A stretch of DNA of 64,000 bases from Malacoraja senta (taxonomy: Eukaryota): the NCBI GenBank assembly GCA_038087875.1, contig CM075997.1:2048001-2112000 (forward strand), written 5' to 3'. The notes under the pieces were generated by a model that was not told the origin of the DNA, ran no database searches, and was given only the letters and a program-made list of their open reading frames with translations. Shown piece after piece: positions 12,501 through 24,500 of the stretch. The position numbers were made by a program, and so were the translations under genes. Within the stretch, counting starts at the first letter, position 1, and each line of letters opens with the position of its first letter.

Positions 12501-15500
12501 CCCCTTTTTATTGTATGTGATATTGATCATAAACCTCGTAAATAAGTTTCCATGTGAGTTTTAAAATTTCACCTTCAATGGCACAGTTGAAAGGATGTTT
12601 GGTTGCAAGCAACATGATGTTTGTTATCCCTGCAAATAATTTCACGAGATTTTATTAATTAAAGCAATGATATCTAATATCTTAGCTAAATTCATTGAGC
12701 AGTAAATTGCAGGCAATAGCAATACACCTAAACTCAATTTTGACCTAAATGCTAAGTCTCTTCTCAGATATGTGGGAAATAGGGAATTTCCTGGAAAAAT
12801 CTGTCCCCAACGTAATTTGAGAAGCTTGTGTGATGTAGATTTGTCATGGTATGAGGTGCACAATTACTGATAACAGCTTGGGCCGTTGGCTAAGCCTTAA
12901 TTACCATCAAAGCCATCAAAACACTGAATGTTTTTGATCAACAGATGTTTTAACAGAAATTCTATGATTTGGGGGAAAAGACTTTATAAATTTTACCAAA
13001 CTTGAATAAAGATCAACTTGATTAAATATCTGATATTCAAACAAATGTAAATTGACAGACACCTTGGTATGTGATGGATGCTCTTCACCATTGAAATGAA
13101 GGAGATGTTCTGATGTTAGTTGAACCGAGCTCGGATCATTGAGGTGTTTTTGTTTTGCCCCCAATTTATTTCAACTTCCCTTCTACTTGACCCTACTCCC
13201 AAAATTCCTACCTGAATTAAGACCTGTCCTTGTACCTCCTCCCTCTACTTCATCCAAGGACTCCAACAGTCCTTCCAGGTGAGACAAAGATTTACATGCA
13301 CCTCATTTACTGCAACCGGTGTTTCCAATGTGGGCTCCTGTACATCAGCGAAACCAAGTGTAGACTTGGTGACCGTTTTGTTAAACACTTGCGCTCGGTT
13401 CGCCAAGGCCTACTGGATCTCCTGGCTGCCAACCATTTTTACTCCCGTTCCCATACCGACCTTTCTGTCATGGGTCACCTCCATTGCTCGAGGGAGGCCA
13501 TATGCAAACTGGAGGAACAGCACCTGATATTCCGCTTGGGCAGCTTACAACCCATTGATACGAACATTTAATTCTCCAATTTTAGGTAATTTCTTAAAAA
13601 GCCGCCCTTCCCCCCCCCCCTCCCCCCTAAAAGCCCATTTAATAGTTCGCAGTTCACAACTACCGTATTTCCCGGCAATGAAGACGCGGTCCGCGAGTTT
13701 GACACCCCTGGCCTAAAGGAAGCGTTTCAGTACAAAACGGCAATCCAATCAGAAGCGACATGCGTTCGCGTGGGGATTTTCTCCATTTCAAACACCTGGT
13801 CTAGGTAGGAGCTGTGTAAATTCTGTTTAAGTTGTTTAACTCAATTGTTTAACACAGTACATTGTTTAACACTAAATTGTTCAACACTGCCCATATTATG
13901 GCGTTTGTGGGAAAAAAAGGCTTTCTTACACCATTGGCTACAAGTTGAAAGTTATTGGATATGCAAAAGAACATGGCAACAGGGCTGCTGAGAGACATTT
14001 TGGACCACCGCCAACTGAGAAAATGATCCGTTATTGGAGGAAGCAAGAGGACCTGTTGAAGCCTGTGATGAGATTTAAACGTAGCCTGCATTGCTCTGCA
14101 GCAAAGTGGCCAGAACTCGAGGAAGAAATTAAGAATTGGATAGATGAGGAGAGAAATGCGGGCAGGTCAGTGTCAGCAATGACTATTATTAACGAATCAA
14201 AGTTGAGAGCAGCAGCACAAGGTCTGGATGATTTTCAAGGCACGTCAAGTTGGTGCTATAGATTTATGAAGAGAAATGGACTTTCAATGAGAACTAAAAC
14301 CAGAATTGTTCAAAAGATGCCTGAAGATTATGAAAAGAAAATCAATGCATTTCATAGCTTCGTAATCAATGCAAGAAAAGAGAATGACTATGAACTGGGA
14401 CAAATTGGAAACATGGATGAGGTGCCGTTAACGTTTGATCTGGTGTCAAATGGGACAGTGGATATCAAAGGCTCCAAATCCATAACTGTACAGACGTCTG
14501 GACATGAGAGAACCCACTACACTGCAGTGCTATCATGTTGTGCGGATGGGACTAAATTACCACCACTACTTATTTTTAAGAGGAAAACCATGCCAAAAGA
14601 CACAATTCCACCTGAGATTGTTATCCACGTGCATCCAAAGGGATGCATGGATGGGGATGGAACGAAGCTATGGTTGGATAAGGTCTGGTCACGGCGTCCC
14701 GGTGGCCACATTAAAAAACCATCCCTACTTGTGTGGGACCAGTTTCGGGCTCACCTATCTACGGCTACGAAAGAAAGTCTAAAGAGAGGGAGGTCGAAAA
14801 TGGCAGTGATCCCCGGTGGATTAGCTTGCCGACTTCAGCCTTTGGACGTATCCATCAACAAACCCTTTAAATTGTTTATGAAAGAGGAATGGAATCAGTG
14901 GATGAGGAGCAAAACCCATGATCTAACAAAACCAGGTTGTTTGAAAAGGCCATCCATTGCTCAGGTGTGTGAGTGGGTTTTAAAATCGTGGAGCTGTGTT
15001 AAGACTGAAATTGTCGTCAAAGCTTTTAAAAAATGTGGCATCAGTAACGCGTTAGATGGCTCAGAAGACGACTATCTCTTTGATGATAGTGATGCTTCGA
15101 ACAGCAGTGATGACCCTGATGAATTACCGGTAGGCTTTGAAGATTCGGATGATAGTAGTGAATTTTTCGGATTTGAAGATTAGAATGTTTTTCTATTTTG
15201 TAATCTCTGTAATCTTTGTTCCGTGCACAATTAAATGTTATTTTATTCCGAACGCTGTCTTTTTTTTTATTACCGCACCGGTATATACATTATCTGTGTT
15301 TTGCACTGGAAATGGCCGCCACCATGGTGAATGGAAATGGCTGCCACCATGGTGAATGGAAATGGCGGCCACCATGGCGAATGGAAATGGCTGCCACTAC
15401 GGCGAATGGAAATGGCGGCCACCATGGCGAATGGAAATGGCTGCCACCATGGTGAATGGAAATGGCCGCCACCATGGCGAATGGAAATGGCCGCCACCAT

Positions 15501-18500
15501 GGTGAATGGAAATGGCCGCCACCATGGTGAATGGAAATGGAGGGTACCACGGCGAATGTCTGTTTTTTATTTTTTTTAATTAGCGACTCAAAATGGGGGT
15601 GCGTCTTTGACGCAGGTGCGTCTTCATTGCCGGGAAATACGGTATGTATCCCTCTTGGATTCACATCTGTTTCTATATCTAACCTTTGTCCAAAAATATT
15701 CCTGTCAAGGAACCTCCTTGCCTGGGGTTGTCTGTGGTCAACCGTGTTTTGTCCTGCCTCTTTCCCCCGCTCCCCCAACTACAACCAGTCTGATGCAGGG
15801 TCCTGACCCGAAACGTTATCTCCTCATTTTCCTCCAGAGGTGCTGTCTGACCCACAACTACTCCAGCATTTTGTGTCTATCCTCATTAGCTTCCTCTGCA
15901 GTCTTCTCTCCAGCTCACTTCCTATGCAGTTTTCACTCTGCAGAATTGTGAAACCTCAGAGAAATGACCTTTTCTGTCTCGCCTTAAACTATGGTTTAGG
16001 TTTATTGTTGTTACATGTACCAAGCACAGTGAACAGTTTTGGGTCATAGTCTCCTTTTCGATAACCTGCTAAATTTACAGATAAAATCTGGTTTTAAATC
16101 TGATTTTGATACCTATTTTGGATAATCTAATTTGCAAGAATTTTAAGAAATGAAGTTTTGTAAACGTGCAGCGTTTCCATTTATTTTTTTAGCTGTTGCT
16201 AAAATTTGAGATCTGTTTAAGCTGGTAAGTTGTTGCAATGGACTGCATAAGCCCTTACAAACTTTTCCTATTCTTTAGGGGATATTTCCAGCCTTCACAA
16301 TCGTCCAGCCACTCCACTCAAAGAAAGGTGAGTCCAATCCAATGTTTGGTTATGTTGCATTGTCATTACAATACGCTTCATTAAACCTCATTTATCATTA
16401 GTTAAGATGCTCATTGTACCTCAAACACCAATACTGACCTTTATCCTATGAGCTGAACTGGCTTCTTAATGGTTTTGTTATTCTTAGGCATTTGAGTCTG
16501 TGTTCTGTCAAGCTCGTAAGAAGGCAATATTACACAACATGAGAGAACGAGAGTCCCGTAGGATGATGGAAAATCGCTTTAAAATACTGAAGAACAAGCT
16601 TTTTGATGACCGGCAAATTGCATCAAAGGGTACAATCCTTGATGAGGTTTGTGAATAATCTGTTTAACGTTCACAGAGTAAGGAGTGGTGAGATTTTGTT
16701 TCCATTTTTTAGCTGTTTTCACCCTACCTTTCTTGCATACATTGATCTTCTAAGGCAATGGTTCTTAACCTTGGGGTTGGGACCCCCATGGGGGGACATT
16801 TGGGGCTTTACTGCGGGACATGAAGGGATCATAAATAACATATCAATTTGTTGAGCCCATTTTTAGGAACCTAACAAAAAAAACCAATTTTTTAGGAACC
16901 TAACAAAGGTAGTCTCTGCTTTCTCCTCCCCTTCCCATCTCTCCCTCAGCCCACTGTCTCCACCTCTTCCTTTCTTCTTCCCGCCCCCCCACCCTCACAT
17001 CAGTCTGAAGAAGGGTCTCGACCCAAAACGTTGCCTATTTCCTTCGCTCCGTAGATGCTGCCTCACCCGCTGAGTTTCTCCAGCATTTTTGTCTACCTTT
17101 GATTTAGAATAGATAGCAATGGGATTGATAAGAATAGCAAGTGGTCAGGCATTGGAATGGTTTGGCAACCACTGGACTGGAGAGAAAATCCAAATGTATC
17201 GTGTGCCACATCCAGCATCCAAGTCTGCATAAACCTTTTTGAAGTAAATGTGGATAAAAAAATGTATGAAGTTATTGCAAAATTCTCCCAAATGTTAAAT
17301 TGGACATTATTTTTTGGTTTTCATGTTTTTGCTTGTGATCTACAGGCTGTTGATGTAATCGTTAACTTGGATAGACAGTCTACAAATCTAACAATGGAGA
17401 AGCAACTACTTCTGGGGAAACAAAAGATCTTGTTGGAAAAGATTTCCCTCTTATCTGGTAAGACCATTTATGTTAAGCGCTAAGAAATATTCTACTGACG
17501 GAATGATTTGAAATGTGCTATTGATTTCCATTAAAACATAAAGTTCATTGAAGACTTGAGAGGGTGGATTCTGGGAGACTCCTTCCCAAAACTTTTTCAC
17601 CCAGAGAGTTGTGAATTTATGGAATTCCCTGCCACAGAGGGCAGTGGAGGCCAAATCACTGGATGGATTTAAGAGAGAGTTAGATAGAGCTCTAGGGGCT
17701 AGTGGAATCAAGGGATATGGGGAGAAGGCAGGCTCGGGTTATTGATAGAGGACGATCAGCCATGATTACAATGAATGGCAGTGCTGGCTCGAAGGGCCGA
17801 ATGGCCTCCTCCTGCACCTATTTTCTATGTGAGCTAAGGATCATGAGTCTGAAGCAGGGTCCCGACCCGAATCGTCACCTGCCCATGTTCTCCAGGGATG
17901 CTGCCTGACCCGCTGAGTTACTCCACTTTGTTTCTACTTTTGGTATAAACCTGCATCTGCAGTTCCTTGTATCGAAGGATCATGCAGTTGGATTAAGAGG
18001 CCAGTTGTGTCTTCACAATTTTGACACCATGAGAATCTAGTGACAGGGTGGAAAGGAGGAATGGATATACGTTCAGACATGATCTGACTGAATCCTGCAG
18101 TAGCCCTGATAGGGTTTCAGACCTGCTCCTGTTCCTACTTATTTCTTCCCGCAATGGGGATAGTAGCCCTATGGGAGGAATCAAGATGGGTTTAACCTTA
18201 AAACTGCTGGCAGCAGAATTGTCCTGAGATGAAATGGTGATTCGGTTATAACGAGAGTAATGGGAAAATTAGCAAAGGAACCAAAGAGAGGAGATGGTTT
18301 AACAATCTGAAACACAGTGTCTGAAAGTGGTGGAAGCAAAATTATTGAAAGTGAATAAAAGCTTGAAGGAAAGAATTGCAAGGTTATGAGGAAGGGGTGG
18401 GGGAGTAGAACCAACTATCGGAATCAGCAGAGGTACATCTCCTATGAGCTCAGGTTTGGGAAAGTTCTTGCCTCACAGGGCTCATCCGACATCCTTGCTC

Positions 18501-21500
18501 CAGTGATGGGATGTGGGGAACACTGATATCAGACTGAAGCCATTTAAAAGTTTAAGAGTGATTGTGTAATACAAGCTGAAAATGCTGGAAGTGCTCGGAG
18601 AGATGATTAACATATGAGGTTGACGACTTTTCATCAGAAGTGCAAAAACAAGCATTTTCAGTTGCAGAGAGAGGAGAGAAAAGGGAGAGCATGTCTGGAA
18701 TAAGGCAGAGACCCACAAGATTGTTCAGGTGACCCACACTCTGTTGATGCCACCAAAGAGAAGATAGTAATTCCTTGTGAATCTGTTGATCTGTCTGGGA
18801 GGATGCATGAGGGCAGCAGAGAAGGAAAACGGAAAACAAAAACCGTGATAGAATTGTGAAATACAATCAGCGGCAGTTGCTGTAAATGTAAAATAAAAGA
18901 GAGCATTGGAAATATTCAACAGATCAGTTAGTACCTGTAGAGAATGAAAAATTGAGTTAATATTCCAGATAGAATATCTTGTATTAGAAGTAGCATTGTT
19001 TATCTGAAGTTATTGAATTTGGTGTTGAGTTTGGAGGATTGCAACCTATTGAGGTGGAATAAGAGTTGCTCTTCTCTAGACAACATTGGGCTTTGGTGGA
19101 AGAGTGGTGGAGGCTGAAGAACAGATGAGAATAGAATGGAGATTTAAATTAACAGGCAACTGAAAGCCGACTGTGCACTGAATTATGTTGCTGAGAAATA
19201 ACATAAGCCATATTTTGCACACTTACGTAAGTGTGCAAAATATGAACAAATCTGAGGGTATATGAATCCTTAGATTTCTGCAAATAGACTGACGCTTTAC
19301 TTTTCTCAAATATTCTATAGTTGATTGATTTATATGAATTTAAGCGTAGAAACTGAAAGACTCTCTTCCCCTGCAGACATGGAACCAATTGTAACACAAG
19401 GCAACACTGAAGCTGGTGAAATAATTGAAACTGGAGAGGCTGTGAGTTTCTCCAGTGAGAGAGATTCCTCTTCTCAGAATTCCTTCGGGATGAAATGGTA
19501 CTCGGAAGGTGGTCCTTTGGAGGTCATGCCTGATCATAGAGAAGATAGTGGGGTAACTTATGAGACTAATTCAGCCAGCTCTGACGATATAGTTGCAGTT
19601 AAGGTTGGCGACTATTTAAGTGAGAAGTATAACAGTCAACTGGATTACCCTGCCGATACTAACACCTTTTCAGTGAAAGAAGAGGACATTAATAACGTGG
19701 AATGCTCCGCCTTCAGTTCACTAAAGGAACACTGTTTTGGAAGCTCTAAGTTTTGCAATTTCTCTGATTTTGGCACAGATATGGAACCGTTGGATAAAAT
19801 CAACATGGATGCACAGGTATGTGTAGACGCGGACTTTATGTAATTGAATGGCTCTTTGTAATGTTGACTCTTGCGTAATGATTACGATACGATTAATCTT
19901 TATTCAGCCCCGGAGAGAAATTAGTTTGCCAACTGTCACAACACACAACAAGGTACATGAAAACTTGTAATTAAAAGTGAAAGGCAAAAGACAAGTGATT
20001 GTTGGCTGGCTGCCGTGTGCACAGCGCTTCACTGGAACAAACAAACACAGACTTATCCCCTGGGCAGAGGATTCTAAACTAGACTGCCTCCCCCACACCG
20101 GGTCGCCCTTTGCTCTCCCACCGTCCCTCACGGTGGTCCACCCACGCCGGGCCCCCATTGTTCTTCATGACGGTCCGCTCACACCAGGTCCCCATTGTCT
20201 TCCAACCCCCCCGCACCTCACACGCTTATTGACCGTTGATTGCGCGAGTCGTCGTCGTCCCGCCTCCCGGCCGCCAAGGCACTCGCTGCCGCCGCCGAGA
20301 CTCTCCATGCCATCGTTGCTCTTTCGGCCGAGTCAGGCCTCACCGTCCGGTGAGTCTGACGGGGCCTGCACGTTCCGGTCGGCGGCGGCGGCGCGGTTGT
20401 TCGGTGGGTGGATTGGGCCTGCGCGGCTCCCCAGGATACAACTTCCCAACTTATTTTCAAGATATTGTGGAAACCTAAGTTCTTGGGTGGACTCAACAGG
20501 ATCATAGATGTTACCTTTTGAATGGTCTCTTGTGTTTCTATTCATCCTGTAATGACAACATACCTTTTCACCAGTTATGGTGGAGAGAAGGTAGGGACTG
20601 GGGAGCAGGACCAACTGTCCAGTGCTAACCCAAAAGCATCATCTATCCATGATCTCCAGAGATGCTGCCTGGCCTGCTGAGTTACTCCAGCACTTTGTGT
20701 TTTTTAGGGAATAGCCTGCACAATTCTACTCGGTATCTTTCTACAAATAATCCTAGTTATTTGGGGATCATTTTTGGGGTTAGCTATAGCTAAGAATCAA
20801 GGCTTCAAGTGGAAAATCATACTCTAGGTCCAGTTGGGCATCAGGGGTATTGAAGATGAGCCCAACTCGGATAATGGGGCAAAAAAACAACTGCTGGAGG
20901 AACTCAGCCGGTCAATGAGGGTTGGAGTAATGGGGAGGTGGATAAATAAATCCTACAGTATCCTATTTTCACTGGAACTGAGATAATCATTGTATTCTAA
21001 TGCCCAGAAAAGTAAGTAAAGCTTCAAGCTGAATGGTAGATCCACTAGAGAAATGCAAAGGCATCTAGCAAACAAAAAAGTCTTGTAACTTGCAGTAATT
21101 GTTTCCTCTATGGCAAATAATATCCTACCTCTTGATATTTAACTTTTCAGGAGCATGGTGACCCAGAGTACGGTTGGACAGCAAGAAGGAAAGCAGCACA
21201 TCACAAACTGAAAGAAAGAGAATCACGCAAACTGATGGAGAATCGCTTTAATATATTGGAGAGCACAGTTTTCAGTGACAAGAAGGCCCCAAAGGGAGCC
21301 ATTCTCGTTAAGGTTTGTTTAGAAAATGTCTGAACATTTACTTCCTTATTTGGGCACAGAAGAAGAAATCTTTCTTGTTCTGTTTGAACTCAAAGTATGA
21401 CCTGTTTATGTTTTGGCAGTTTAATCGCTATTTCTTTTTTCAGATGTGATTTGTTGATCTGCCTGTTCTTCAACATAATATTTTGAATTTCTCAACCATT

Positions 21501-24500
21501 CCAACTCGACCGTTCCTCCCCCATAAATCTGCTTTGCTTTTAACCATTGGTCTCTCTGAGTTGGATGCAGATGGCTGGAACAAGCTGCTGGTTAGCGTAT
21601 GGTCATTGTGTCCTTCCTGCCTCCCCCCCCCCCCCTCCTCCCATTGAGCCATTGCTTCAGCAACATCAAAATAGTCTTATCAGAAACAATAGTAATATCA
21701 TCAGTCTGAAGAAGGGTCACGACCTGAAACGTCACCTATTCCTTCGCTCCATAGATGCTGCCTCACCCGCTGAGATTCTCCAGCATTTTTGTCTACCTTT
21801 GATTTTTCTAGCATCTGCAGTTCTTTCTTAAACATAATATCCCTTCTACATTGCAACTGCATTCAGAAAATAAATGTTGCTGCATGCTTGCCTTTGAAAC
21901 GTCTGGTGGTATTGTCGAATCTGCCTCTATATGGTTCCTCTTGGGCAACATCAATGAAAGATGCAGCATGAAAGCAGGCCCTTTGGCCCACCAAATTCAC
22001 ACTAACCACCCATTTACCCTAATCCTGCTTTAATCTCTTTTTTTTTTAAATGTCTCCCTATTGTCTCATCAAAGATTGAAGTTGGTTGGCAGGAATTCCA
22101 TCCTACTAAGTAGTGAGATGATTGAATCCCTTGTATTTTACTTTGTCTACATACTTGTGAGACTGCACAAGACATTTTGCAGCCATGCCAATATATTTGA
22201 TTCTGAAGTAGGCTTCAAATCCCACATTCTCTCCATTATCAAGACTACTAATTTCCTTCTTCCAGATACACCTGATTCTACTCCCAGAGCAGTTCATCTG
22301 ATTAGACACTTACCAATTCCTTGCCACCACTGTCTGACCAAACTGATGGTGTTCTGGCTGATTTTCCATCTGGAAACATTCTATGTTGAAGCCGAGTCCA
22401 TTGATCTATCGCCCCTTTCCATTCTGATGCCACTCATTCCCATTTCTACAACCTTCTCCAGCTGTACAATCCTCAGATTTCCATGGCCGCATTCAGTTGC
22501 AGATTCCCGTGTTGAACCGTGGCTCTTTGAATGTGGCGTGAAATCTTTTGGGGCCAGTAAGTAGGACAGATGGAGACTTTGGGTTTTCCATGTCATCCAG
22601 GCGATGATACCGCTCAGGCTACAGTACTGTTAAAGATCTGTACTACACCCAGCGCATGGCAACAACTATTGAACCCACATGCCTCTAGCATGGTAGTGAG
22701 TGCTACCAATGAAGCAATGCTGATTCTCACTCCAAAATGGGGAGAGAAAAAAACCTGCTCTTTGTAATGGTGACTGAGGAGGTAGTGAAACGTCAATCCT
22801 TCTGGTGTGTCTAAAATCCCATACATGATGGTCACTAGTAAAGCATTAACCGATGATGCAGGAAGCTGATGCAGACTACATACCAGGTATCCTGATTTCA
22901 GTTCACATCACAATGGTTATGAAGAATATAAATGCTTCATCCATGTATTAGGATTTGACCATTTTGAGAACAAGCTATGTTGTGAAACTACTCCAGTAGG
23001 GTAGATTTGCCATCTGTATTGCCTACTTCCATTTATGGATTAGTTACATAATTTGGCTGCAATATTATATTTCATTTGGTTTAAATGGGAACCTCTGTTG
23101 TTCGTGTCAGGAGATATGCTTCATTGCAGTGTGTTAGAGGATCGACAGAATAATTCTGAGTATTATCTAGTTCTGCATTTTTGTCTTGGTTTTATCTTCT
23201 CAGGCCATTAATGTGATCAGTGACTTGGATATGCATTCAGAAAAACTCTCCGTGGAAAAGGAACTGCTAATGAAAAAGCAAAATGAATTGCTGGAGGAAA
23301 TTTCACATCTCTGCCGTAAGACGTGTTTTTGCTTTAACTTTGTGGATAAAGAAATCAATCAGATTGTTGCAACTTAGATAGACGCAAAGTACTGAAATAA
23401 CTGGGTCAGGCAACATCTCTGGTGAAAAGGGATGGGTGACGTTTAGTGTCGGGGCCCTTTTTCAGACTCTTGTAACTTAGATCTACAATACTTAATTTAT
23501 TGCAAGAGTAGAATTGCATTATTTCTTTTGACTTGTCTCACTGCATTTTGAAGGTCAGTGAAGAAGATACTATGTTTGTGTATTCATGGATATGATGGTC
23601 AAATCAGCTATTTTAGTTTGGTTGTGATGGGGTTGGTGTGCAGGACCTTAATTGAAATAGTTCTTGTTATTGGGAATGTGTGTTCCAGAATGAAGGAAGA
23701 CAATTTGACGTCCTGTTACAGATGATTGTGACAACAACAAAAAATCCATTGTAGATATTGTAATGTATGTAATTGGGCTGATAATCCAAAGAATGTATTC
23801 AACTCTCACCACGACTGAACTGTCGGGGGTTATGGGGAGAAGGCAGGAGAACGGGGTTAGGAGGGAGAGATAGATCAGCCATGATTGTATTCCAGAGTAG
23901 ACTTGATGGGCCAAATGGCTGAATTCTGCTCCTATATCACTTATGACCTTATGACTGGTTGAAAATTTGAATTCTATTCAGATGCAGATGTGGAATGATA
24001 TCTGTTGGAGTAATCGTGAAGCAACTGGATTCTTGTAAAACTCAGATGGCCTGTTTTGGTTACAAGCGTGTCAGTTTGATATGGTGATTGGGTATTATTA
24101 AAGCAAAGATTGATAGTTTCTTGATTAGTAAGGGCATCAAAGCTTATGGGGAGAAGGCAGGAGAACGGGGTTGAGAGGGTAAAATAGATCAGCCATGATC
24201 AAATGGCGAAGTCCGAGGAAAGATCTCAATCCAAAACCCAGCTGTGTTCACCGGGAATGCTGCCTGACCTGCTGAGTTACTCCAACACTTTGTGTCCTTT
24301 TGTGTATTAATGAAGATCTGCAGTAGCTTATTTCTACAATTGCGGAGCAGACTTAATCGGACAAATGGCCTAATTCTCCTGCCATGTCTCCTGCTTATGG
24401 TTGTGGTGGATCTTTAAGGGCCTGTCCCACTTGGCGATTTTTATCGGCGACTGCCGGTGTCATTGACTGACGTATCAGGGTCGCCAAAAGATTTTGAACA

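Larger units (their letters stand above)
13663..15642 (+). mobile_element. pogo-superfamily DNA transposon (DD35D, POGK-related / Passer-like), full length
   Basis: Perfect 25-bp TIRs CCGTATTTCCCGGCAATGAAGACGC (13663-13687 and 15618-15642), TA on both flanks, internal transposase ORF. Confidence 0.95.
13200..15905 (+). mobile_element. Penelope-like element 3' remnant, split by the pogo insertion
   Basis: GIY-YIG remnant LIYCNRCFQCGLLYISETKCRLGDRFVKHLRSV lies before the pogo. The PLE-type 3' tail (ctgatgcagggtcctgacccgaaacg) lies after it. Confidence 0.8.

Noticed and set aside
13945..15183. Host gene POGK
   Set aside because: It is intronless, has no KRAB exon, and is bounded by perfect TIRs and TA flanks, so it is a transposon copy.
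15307..15558. 25-bp repeat array as a CRISPR, a coding repeat or vector contamination
   Set aside because: It has no spacers, the overlapping ORFs are repeat artefacts, and the units are degenerate and embedded within transposon TIRs.
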